DNA of 20,000 bases from Savitreella phatthalungensis. Taxonomy: Eukaryota. The DNA is taken from the NCBI GenBank assembly GCA_051599415.1, contig AP039714.1:174735-194734 (forward strand), in the 5' to 3' direction. The notes below the pieces were generated by a model. It made no database searches and was not told the DNA's origin. It worked only from the letters and a program-made list of their open reading frames with translations. Both the position numbers and the translations under genes were made by a program. This document shows positions 1 through 8,559 of this stretch, in pieces. Within the stretch, counting starts at the first letter, position 1. The number at the start of each line of letters is the position of its first letter.

Positions 1-1104
1 GCCTTCGTCACTTGCCCGCTTGTCAGTGACAAGACCCGCGCTTGCGAGTTTTGCATATTCGTTGTTCGCCATGAGCTCGGCAGCACGAAGCCACGCCGGT
101 CTCGCGTCGGACGACTCCCAATCTTGAACAGGTGCCGGCGCATCTGCCGTCCGCTTCTCCGGCTGCGCGATGTGGTCGGCAAGCGTTCGGATCTGAGCCG
201 CACGGACTGTCTCTGTAGATGCAGTCAGGTCCTCGACACCGTGCACGGTGCCTTCTTGACCGACCTCGAGTGTCTTCTTTGTGCCGTCCCTGGACTCGGA
301 GTTCTCGTCGAAAGGCAAGCCCGCACTGCCTTCGCCGTCTTTCGTGTACGCACCCTCGATACCAGGCCGTTCTTCTGTCTTCATCGGCCGGGTCGGTGGC
401 ACAGGCTTGTGGTCGCCGGCGAAGTTGCCGAGCGGTGCAAACGTCTCTCCTGTCGGCTCGATTGGTAGCTTCGTGTCCACCGGTCGGTTTGAGACTTGAT
501 CAACCGGTTCTGCTTTCGAGACGCGCTGAATGAAGTCGAGTGCCTCGCCGTCCATCCAGCCGGGCACGCCATCCTTCTTTGCCTTGCTCTCGTCAATGCC
601 GTAGATCATCTGGGCGTGCGAGTGAAGTTCCTCCGGATCCCGGAAGTCCTCAATTGATTTTGTAGGGATCTTGTCCAGGTTCTTGTACGGACTTGGATGG
701 AGGCGGTAGCTCGGGCTCGGTGTGATGATGATTCTGCCTGCACGAGGATCAAGTGGCACTACAGCTTCTGGTAGCTTTCTTGGCTGGACAGGTGAGCTTG
801 CGCGGTCATGGTGGTGCCTGACGCCGTCAGCATCCACGTCTGGGTCGTACTCAAATGTCATCTCGCTCCGCTCGGATGTGAACGAAGGGCGAGAACGGTT
901 CGATGGAGGTCTGAGCGGATGTGCGTGCTTGCTCGTAGGTCTGGTGCCCAGAAGACTCGGGGTCCAGTCACCGTGGCCCTCGGCGTGGTGGTTACCAGGG
1001 TGTCTGTAACCATCTCCGTCCACGTCTGGCTCATACTCGTGCGTAACGTCGGACAGATCGACCTGTGACCTTGCAAGTGGGCTGCTCGACATGTAGGAGG
1101 ACAT
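1..1104 (-). CDS. Hypothetical, largely disordered acidic/Pro-rich protein; 3'-partial (at least 368 aa, continues off the left edge)
   Basis: Manual translation from the ATG at 1104-1102 (MSSYMSSSPLARSQVDLSDVTHEYEPDVDGDG...LVTDKRASDEG) shows no stop down to base 1. It is absent from the ORF track because no stop lies in the window. No family recognised. Confidence 0.8.
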   Translation of the reverse strand, partial: MSSYMSSSPLARSQVDLSDVTHEYEPDVDGDGYRHPGNHHAEGHGDWTPSLLGTRPTSKHAHPLRPPSNRSRPSFTSERSEMTFEYDPDVDADGVRHHHDRASSPVQPRKLPEAVVPLDPRAGRIIITPSPSYRLHPSPYKNLDKIPTKSIEDFRDPEELHSHAQMIYGIDESKAKKDGVPGWMDGEALDFIQRVSKAEPVDQVSNRPVDTKLPIEPTGETFAPLGNFAGDHKPVPPTRPMKTEERPGIEGAYTKDGEGSAGLPFDENSESRDGTKKTLEVGQEGTVHGVEDLTASTETVRAAQIRTLADHIAQPEKRTADAPAPVQDWESSDARPAWLRAAELMANNEYAKLASAGLVTDKRASDEG

Positions 1105-1294
1105 ATCATGCTGGCGAGTCGGATTCACTGCCCTAGGCGCGTGAAAGTGCGAGGACGACGGCATCGAGCTGCTTATCGTTAATCACTGAGGTGCTAGTGT
1201 ATCGTAAGCTGGTCTAGAGACGAACGTGTATCTTGAGTACGGGTGAATATCGATACGGAGATCGATCGATCGGTCGGTCACGATGATGATTCTG

Positions 1295-1466
1295 CACGTG
1301 TATTTGATATCGGTATCGTACGTGGGGGCAAATTCTGTGTGATCTATCCTTGATTCACGTGCGGAAAATTGAGTTCCTGTAGGCATATCAACCGCGTTTC
1401 CGGGCCAGGAGATGCGCAGATACCAGGCTCAGAGATCGTGCGTGATGTATTAGGGTTTCGTTAGGG
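1295..1466. promoter_or_regulatory. Upstream region of the 1..1104 gene with two CACGTG E-boxes and two TTAGGG telobox-like sites
   Basis: CACGTG at 1295-1300 and 1356-1361; TTAGGGTTT at 1450-1458 and TTAGGG at 1461-1466. Function is inferred. Confidence 0.35.
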
Positions 1467-1535
1467 GTCTCGTCGGCTGTTGTCTCGTGAAATCCTCTCT
1501 CTAGAGCGAACTATGTACATTTCCGGCAGACTGCC

Positions 1536-2657
1536 TTACTTGACAAAGTCGAGCACAGCTGCATTGAAGTCAGCCGGGTTGTCGAGGTAGACGTGGTGTC
1601 CTGCATCAGAGATGACCTCACACTGAGAGTCTCCACCTTTGGAACGTGCGATCGACGAGGCCTGCGCGCCAGCCTTGACGTCCATCCAGTCGCGGTCGCC
1701 GTAAAGGAGAAGCGTCTTGCAGTGCGTGGGAATCGAGTTAAGAAGATGGTCCCGAGCATAGGCGCCAGGAGCGAGCAGGTAGGCGAGCGCATACTCGCCG
1801 GAACCCTTTCGCCTGAAGATCTCATACGCATACGCGTGAAGCAGATCGCGTTCCTCCAAGGATAAATGGCCGAATCGCCGATACGTCCACGCGGACACGA
1901 CTTTTGGCCCGAACACTGTCCCAAAACGGACGAAACTGAATGGCGAAACATTCGCCTCCCACAAAGTTGTTACCCAGCGAGGCAGGGGCTGAACTGCAGG
2001 CTTGCTCTCCGGTGGCTCGAGCTCCGAAGCGACAGTCGTCGGAGGCGTCTCCGTATGGTAAGGGTTTTTCGGGATGCCGACGGGGGAGACGAGGACCAGC
2101 TTTTCTACGCGGTCGGGGTACTTGTTAGCATACCGAGTAGCCAGATAGCCACCGAGGGAGTGCGCAACCAGGACGATCTGCTCGAGCCGACGTATCTCTC
2201 GCCACTCCTCGATCGCATCCAGGAAAAAGTCCTCAGCCTCACGGACCTTAGCAACTGGATCCTTCGCATGCACTTTGAATGCTGGGCGGGAGGACAATCC
2301 CATGCCGAGAAGGTCCAAAGCGTAGATTCCCCAACCACGAGTCACAAGTGACGACAATCCCTCGAAATTCCTGAAAAAGAGTCCGAGACCAGCGCCGTAA
2401 CCATGAAGGATGACCATATTGCTCGTCGCGGGCTTTCCATCCGTTGCACGGATGTGAACTTCATTCAAGACACGATCTCTGCCTGTGAGAGTCACGAATG
2501 ATTGAATTGCTGTACGGTGGTCAGGCTTGGTGAAGAACTTGGAGATTTCCAGAATTCTATTCTGTGTCGCAAGACCAGAAGTGCTCGTCGTCCCCCACCA
2601 TTGCGCCAACGAGGCCGAATACCCGAGTGGGAACCTCCCGGTCGACGTGGTAGCCAT
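1536..2657 (-). CDS. CLD1: Alpha/beta hydrolase of the Cld1/Ict1/ABHD4-5 family, probably cardiolipin-specific deacylase
   Basis: 373 aa with LHGYGAGLG oxyanion region, DLLGMGLSSRP, nucleophile elbow AHSLGG (AxSxG as in yeast Cld1), YGDRDWMD and C-terminal HHVYLD (HxxxxD). Confidence 0.88.
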   Translation of the reverse strand: MATTSTGRFPLGYSASLAQWWGTTSTSGLATQNRILEISKFFTKPDHRTAIQSFVTLTGRDRVLNEVHIRATDGKPATSNMVILHGYGAGLGLFFRNFEGLSSLVTRGWGIYALDLLGMGLSSRPAFKVHAKDPVAKVREAEDFFLDAIEEWREIRRLEQIVLVAHSLGGYLATRYANKYPDRVEKLVLVSPVGIPKNPYHTETPPTTVASELEPPESKPAVQPLPRWVTTLWEANVSPFSFVRFGTVFGPKVVSAWTYRRFGHLSLEERDLLHAYAYEIFRRKGSGEYALAYLLAPGAYARDHLLNSIPTHCKTLLLYGDRDWMDVKAGAQASSIARSKGGDSQCEVISDAGHHVYLDNPADFNAAVLDFVK

Positions 2658-2998
2658 GACGCGCGTCTTTACCTACACACGAGGCCTTCGTACATCTATT
2701 GTTTAGACTATTCGAACACGACCGAATGTTATCCATCTATGACGATTGTAAGGTATCCATATATATTTGCATTTGTAATACTCTGAATCTATAAATCGAA
2801 GAAGAAAAAGTAGCAGTTGAAACTCTTCAGCAACTAATTGCGTACATAGTGCCGCTGCCGCACCCAAATTCGCAACTTTGACGGTAGAGGATTTTTGTGT
2901 CAATTGAATGCAGAAAGTAAATGAGAACTTGACGAGATCAGACATAAACATGTGCTGCCACCATATGCGCAATAGGTGGTGCACAACGTTGACAGAAT

Positions 2999-3415
2999 TT
3001 ACGCCTTCCGGCACTGCTTGAAGTTGTTGCCAGAAGCACCTGTGTGAGTGATCAGCCCGGCGAGGTCACCGTTGTCGTTGAAGACGACGCGATCCGGTCC
3101 GGGAGAACCGCCGTTGTAAACCTTGTAGCTCGACAAGATCGGGAACTCGTAGTAAGGGCCATCGACGGCGAAGGTGAAACCCTCGTTGTCATAGTACTGG
3201 TGTGGGTATTTGCCGGAACCCTCCTGGACGCCGTTCACGTAGTCGCTGTAGCCCTTGTTGACAGCGGCGTCGATGTCGTTCTGCCAGTAGCAAGTGTTAC
3301 CGCAGTAGTCAACGCAAGATGCACGCTTCTCCAGTGCAACAAGTCCGTGCTCAGCGGTTGGCAGGGCAGCTGCAGCGGCGTACAGGGCGAACGAGAGAAG
3401 CGAAGCGAGCTGCAT
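2999..3415 (-). CDS. Secreted guanyl-specific ribonuclease, RNase T1/N1 family, pre-pro form
   Basis: 138 aa with a hydrophobic signal peptide and a Kex2-type EKR site. Catalytic motifs YPH, YEFP, PGPDRVV and ITHTGA match the His40/Glu58/Arg77/His92 positions of RNase T1. Four Cys in the mature part. Confidence 0.95.
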   Translation of the reverse strand: MQLASLLSFALYAAAAALPTAEHGLVALEKRASCVDYCGNTCYWQNDIDAAVNKGYSDYVNGVQEGSGKYPHQYYDNEGFTFAVDGPYYEFPILSSYKVYNGGSPGPDRVVFNDNGDLAGLITHTGASGNNFKQCRKA

Positions 3416-4533
3416 GATTTTGGATAGTTACTTAGGCGTGGGCCAGAGCTTCTTCTTGTACCAGCACATCCCATCGTGCCATCCCATCATGGAGCTCGGC
3501 CAACCCCGAGATCTACCTCTTGACAGGCGGCAAGTCTCCGATTGGCCAGCTTGCCGTCGATTTGAAGCCAATCGTGGGGTCAGCACGGGGCACGACTATG
3601 AAATTCAGAGTATCCTTCTTGTCGATCTCTGTGAGAAATCTCGGTCGAATTTACCAGGAGACAAATCTAAATTTACTGGATGGCTGGCGACCGCGTCAGT
3701 TGGAGGAGAGCTTCACCTTAATCAGCCCCAGTGGTCAGCGCTCGGAAATTGTTCTCGCGAGGTCTTGTCGACGGCTTGCATGATCTCTCCGACAGCAACC
3801 AGTCACCGCACGATATTTCGTGCATGGGCGCGGACAACGTTCTCGGGGACATCTTCGACATGTCGTCCCGCACTCGCGTGGTTTTTGTGAGCTAACCTGA
3901 TGTCCTGCCTGCACACTGTCGGTCTCCACAGCTCAGGTCTGATCACAATTGGTTGAGTCTATTCGTGAGCAACATGATTGTCCATCATGGCTTGTCGTCC
4001 TTGAACTGACCTTGGGCGGTAAATCGAATCAGGGAACTTTGCCTACTCACGTGCTGCAGCTATGTTCTGCGATACCTCCATGTCATCCAGCAGGCAACCG
4101 TCACCGAAGATTCACGACGCTCGTCCTGGTTGTTCTGTCATGAGCTTATTCACAGGGCGACCACTCTGTCAAGGCGTGTAAGCGGACGTGCTCGTCTGCA
4201 GCTGCATTGAGCGTGACAATCTCAACAACACGTGCTGGTAAGATGTTCAGTCGGCTTTACTCACCATGATGAGTACCGGATTGAATTTCCTAAACCTAAG
4301 AATTTCCTCAATCACCGATTAACTGCTTATCAGTACAGGCAAATTCAAACCTTGCAGTCCAACGAATCAAAGCAGGAAAGGCTGACCGGGGAGTGATATA
4401 GCTTGCGGTGGAGCTCGACGCGTCCTCTGCGGGAGTGCAGGCCGCGGAGAGACTTTGAACTGATCCGCAGACGCCGCACGACCTCTCCTCACATCAGCAC
4501 ACGACACTCAATCACCTGCGTTCTGTCCCGGTG

Positions 4534-4791
4534 ATGGCGCAGTGGGGTGCAGCTGCAGTCGCACCGCTCATCGGTATCCTGCTGCTCATGATTGCGGGTT
4601 TATGGCAGCGTCGGCGACAACGTATGGCAGAGCAGATTCGGCGAGACGAAGGACTGGGCGCTGGTGAAACCACATTCGGCACCGTTGACGCTGCTCCAGC
4701 TTACGAGATGGGTCTCCCAAAATACGAGCAGGTCGTTCACGTCGAGAACGTCCCGGAGCGACCACAGCAGGCGCGAATTGTACCGGCGTGA
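4534..4791 (+). CDS. Small single-pass membrane protein with PY-type motifs (Rcr1/Sna3-like architecture)
   Basis: 85 aa from ATG 4534: hydrophobic helix AAAVAPLIGILLLMIAGLW, basic stop-transfer RRRQR, then APAYE and LPKYE. An in-frame stop lies upstream at 4456. Confidence 0.6.
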   Translation: MAQWGAAAVAPLIGILLLMIAGLWQRRRQRMAEQIRRDEGLGAGETTFGTVDAAPAYEMGLPKYEQVVHVENVPERPQQARIVPA

Positions 4792-4955
4792 ACGCATCTT
4801 TCACTTTCTGGGAGCGTCTGTGAGACTGGCTCAGTTGCAGGTCGATGCGGTCTCAGCAGTGACTCATACAGTCAAGGACTTCTCAATGCTCCACAAATTG
4901 CAGATGCACGCCCATATAATGTACCATAGCCCGCGCATCTACAAGGGCTACTAGT

Positions 4956-6755
4956 TTACACGGCCAAAAGGGCGAGCTCACAGCAGAGCACCGCGAGCAG
5001 CGACAGCTGGGCGACGCGACACGCGATCTCAGGATTCTTGAGAGACAGGGTGCCCGGTTGCTCGATCGACGGAGCCGCATCCGGAATTGACGGCTCCAAA
5101 GCGTCGAGCAGGTCTGCTATGACTTTTTCGAGCTCTGGTGTCAAACTAGCAAGCTCGTTTTCAGGCTTCGACACGGATGTGTCCAGCGCATCGAAAAGGG
5201 GCAAGGATGTGTCCGTAGTCGCGTTCGTTTCACAGTCCCCAATGTCATCACTGCCGGCGCCATCGTCATCAACCGATGCGAGGGTCTGCGTCTGGTCCGA
5301 CGGGCGCACGGTCGATCGATCGCTGTATCGGGACATGGCAGGAGACATCACTCGATCTTCTTGCGGTGGCGACCATCTGTCGAAGAGATCCACCTCGTGC
5401 TTTCTTACAGGCGATGGCGCATGCACCGACATGAGGGTCTCGTCCGCCTGGGGAATCTGTGCACGTGCCCACCACGGCCGCTTGACTGGGCTCTTGGCCG
5501 CAGCCACGCTCACGCTGGTTTTAGAATCTATCGATGGCACTTCTCGACGCCGTAGCCTTTCTTCCATCTCTTCGAAGCCGTGGCGTGTCTTTGCAAGATC
5601 GCGCTGAATCTCTGCCAGGGTCTGCGCAAGACGAGTCCGTGGTGATGGCGCCTGATTTACTGTCGAGGTCGTCGCGTGCCTTTGCGTGCCGCCTGCCATG
5701 CCATTTCTGGGGGGAGTTATTGTCTTGCTTCCAGGTCGACTTGTGCGAGTCGACGCGGCTGGTATGATCCTGTTCGGTGTTTGTATGGGAATTCTTTGTG
5801 ATGATCCAAAACACGGCTGCTGTTGTGGCCGCGGCTGAGGTTCAAATGAATCCAGAGGGCTTGCCGTGCGTCGAACACTCTCGGGAGTGTCTGTGCGCGA
5901 TAGACGTGCTGGCGACGGGCTTCCATGAAGTCCGCGAGAGAACCTAGATCCAGGTGACCTTCTTGATGGTGTCTGACATGAAACATTTCTGTAAGCAATG
6001 GGGGACGGTAGCGCACTTGGCGGCGTCCTCAGTCTCTTGGGGGAGGCTTCACGCTCTGCCTCGTCCAGCAGTCTGTCCAGTATCTCATCGGGGTCATCAG
6101 GTGCTACTCCCGCAGCTTTTGAAATATCATCAAGATCCCGAAAGGGCGAAGCAACGAGTGACGGTCCGGTCGAATACGAAATGGTCGGACTGTCCAGGCC
6201 GGCATCAGCAATTAGTCTGCCGTTTCGAGAGAGCGGCGAGCCCGACAGGCGGTCCGAAAATGGACTATGCGAGCGGCGCGGCGATGAGCGGCTGTCCAGG
6301 TCGGGCGTCAAACTCGACGAGCGAGATCCTCTTGCTGGTCTCGGGCTCGAGTCCCCGTGTGCCGACCGCCCAGCATATGAGACAGGAGGAGAGGTTCGCC
6401 CAGTATATGAGTCAGATGAGAGAGAAGAAGGATCTCTGATCGCTCTCGGGGAGCGCGATGGTGTCGAAGGATACGACCTGTCCGAGGCTGCCCCAGGGGG
6501 CACGCGTGATGGCGAATTCACCGCTGACGATCGTTCTGAGACGCTGGAGAGTCGCCGGTGACTAGCAGGACTGGGAGAGACTTTCACTGAGCGCGGGAGC
6601 GATGCAACGACGGGCGCGCTTGCGAGATCATCGTCCTCGACAATTCGCAAAAGCTGAGGACTCTTGCGAGCGGGCGAGGGAGTTTTGCGTTCCAGCTTTT
6701 GAAATTTGCTGGGTGATTGTGGATCACTGGCCAGCGACGCGCCCCGAGAATCCAT
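4956..6755 (-). CDS. Ser/Pro/Arg-rich disordered protein with a short coiled coil and a hydrophobic C-terminal tail
   Basis: ORF of about 599 aa from the first ATG (6755). Heptad-like segment RLAQTLAEIQRDLAKTRHGFEEMEERL; C-terminus VAQLSLLAVLCCELALLAV-stop. No family recognised. Confidence 0.8.
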   Translation of the reverse strand: MDSRGASLASDPQSPSKFQKLERKTPSPARKSPQLLRIVEDDDLASAPVVASLPRSVKVSPSPASHRRLSSVSERSSAVNSPSRVPPGAASDRSYPSTPSRSPRAIRDPSSLSSDSYTGRTSPPVSYAGRSAHGDSSPRPARGSRSSSLTPDLDSRSSPRRSHSPFSDRLSGSPLSRNGRLIADAGLDSPTISYSTGPSLVASPFRDLDDISKAAGVAPDDPDEILDRLLDEAEREASPKRLRTPPSALPSPIAYRNVSCQTPSRRSPGSRFSRGLHGSPSPARLSRTDTPESVRRTASPLDSFEPQPRPQQQPCFGSSQRIPIQTPNRIIPAASTRTSRPGSKTITPPRNGMAGGTQRHATTSTVNQAPSPRTRLAQTLAEIQRDLAKTRHGFEEMEERLRRREVPSIDSKTSVSVAAAKSPVKRPWWARAQIPQADETLMSVHAPSPVRKHEVDLFDRWSPPQEDRVMSPAMSRYSDRSTVRPSDQTQTLASVDDDGAGSDDIGDCETNATTDTSLPLFDALDTSVSKPENELASLTPELEKVIADLLDALEPSIPDAAPSIEQPGTLSLKNPEIACRVAQLSLLAVLCCELALLAV

Positions 6756-7395
6756 TACCAAGGGCCGGAGTCAAGCTGCGACGTCCCTCGGACGCCACAA
6801 GCTTGCAAGATCCGTCCACAACGCGTGCTGTGGCCGTCACCAGGCCGCAGTGTTTTGCTGTAAATACAGGGCTGATATTATCGCGGGCACATATTTCGTG
6901 AAAGCAATAAATCGACTCACGTGATCAAGAATTGGAGCTAAACGTGACATGAGTGATCGAGTATTATCGACGGGCCGGCCACGACATCATCCACGATTCG
7001 GTGCATCTTTGTAGGTGTGAGAACAGTCGACTGGTCAACGCAGATCACAGTCTCAAGATTGTGCTTCGCGTCCTGCAAGCTGCAGATCTGGGGTACTATG
7101 ACGATTCACAGAGCTCATACACGACTTCGGGTCTAGCCTGCGGAGAGCAGCGCGATACAATGCCGGGCGTTGGCCCGAGCTGGCAGGGACAGAGGCGAGC
7201 ATCGAGTACAGTGATTGACGATGCGCTCGAAGACGCACTACATATCCCGAAACGGCATCGTCAGCAGCTACCCCAGACAAGATATTCAGGCACTTGAGAT
7301 CGAGGTTGTGGACTACTTCTGGAGTCGAACACGGGGCAGCGGAGGCTTGATCGGATAACTTTGATTGTGTGAAATACCCGGTGACGAGGCAGGGA

Positions 7396-7426
7396 TGTCC
7401 GATCGCTTGTCCGATCGCTTGTCCGA
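7396..7426 (+). repeat. 12-bp tandem repeat (TGTCCGATCGCT) x about 2.6
   Basis: Reads tgtccgatcgct tgtccgatcgct tgtccga. Confidence 0.85.
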
Positions 7427-8376
7427 ACTTTTCCGAGGAAAAGTACGAGGTGAGCACGTATTGTCATCATATGTGATTTGAGGTGGCATGGCCTTTAGCT
7501 CACATCTCCGCTGTTCCGAATAGACTTTGTGTTGTGAACCAATCTGCATCGTTTGCTCTGTGGGATTCCGAAGAGAGCAGATCCGTGGGATCCGAGCTGA
7601 ATCAATGAGTGCTCATCATCTTCAGGGCTCCTGCGACTGAAACGATGAGCTATCTCCAGTATGCAATGTGTCGGGTGACCTTGCCAACGATTAAGTCCGC
7701 GGCTATCTACTGCTCTCACCGTTTCAGACTATTGTCTGATCCACGTCAGAGTCGGATCTCAGATCGCTATCCCTTGCAGTACAATTTATTTCGAGCGCAA
7801 TTTCCAGTATGGCTTACTACCATGATTAAATTGAAGATCTGCTGACTGTATCTTACCTGCAGAAGGCCTACCTGGATTCCAGGACTTACAGTCTGCCCGC
7901 ATAAAAATAATTGTCCCAGAGCTCGTCCAGACGGACGTGGGAGACGAATCTTTCGGCGGGATACCAAATGAAATAGCCTTCCGACCAGGCACATTGGAAC
8001 CAAATAGCTCGAGTGGAGGAAACCTAAGATCGCCTTCTGATCCAAGTCAAAACCCAAAAAATTGACAAGCTGCATGGACAATGTGGATGGATTCCCAATT
8101 CAGCTCCTGGGAAAACCTAAATCTCAACCCACCCATCGCTATAGAAGTCCATTCTGGTCTAGAGCCAAGGATGTCTGATAAGCTAATCCCATTGAAACAC
8201 AAATTAATCATCAATTGTCAGGTTTAGCCGCACGGCATAACAGAGCGAGGAGTGGAAAGAATAGGCACGCCGAAATTTGAAAGCTTTTTCTGCACTCGCA
8301 CAGATACTACCTTCCGGCCCGCGCGGCAATGTGAGGGCCTCGCATGTGGATATAGATGTAGATGTGGGCCATCTTC

Positions 8377-8559
8377 CTGGGGTCTGAATCTAGTGTCCCA
8401 AGCGTTCCGAAGTTACATTGACTGGGGTCCGGGGTCGTCAATATTTACGGTTTTCCCCGGGAGGTCACAAGGTCATTTCGCTGATTCATGTAAAGTATAA
8501 AGTGTAGGAGATCCGCCTGCCTGTTCATCTGTGTCTCTTCTCTCCATCTCCCCTTCGAC
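8377..8559 (+). promoter_or_regulatory. JEN1 proximal promoter: four CreA/Mig1-type SYGGGG boxes, TATA box and CT-rich leader
   Basis: CTGGGG 8377-8382 and 8422-8427, CCGGGG 8429-8434, CCCCGG 8455-8460, TATAAA 8496-8501, pyrimidine tract about 8521-8556. Confidence 0.55.

Noticed and set aside
124..1109. Short listed ORFs on both strands
   Set aside because: They are shadows of the uninterrupted minus-strand frame 1..1104.
3044..3427. 127-aa plus-strand ORF antisense to the RNase
   Set aside because: Expected by-product of biased codon usage on the opposite strand; no recognisable motifs.
3414..3890. 158-aa plus-strand ORF whose ATG overlaps the RNase start
   Set aside because: No motifs or evident codon bias, and it occupies the RNase promoter.
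4266..4385. Possible C/D snoRNA (ATGATGA ... CTGA)
   Set aside because: No terminal stem, and no rRNA-complementary guide could be recognised.
5038..6561. Long plus-strand ORFs of 161-189 aa
   Set aside because: Antisense shadows of the 4956..6755 gene.
6953..7457. Overlapping 114-aa (+) and 134-aa (-) ORFs in the long intergenic region
   Set aside because: Non-ATG starts and no recognisable domain; a small gene cannot be excluded but is unsupported.
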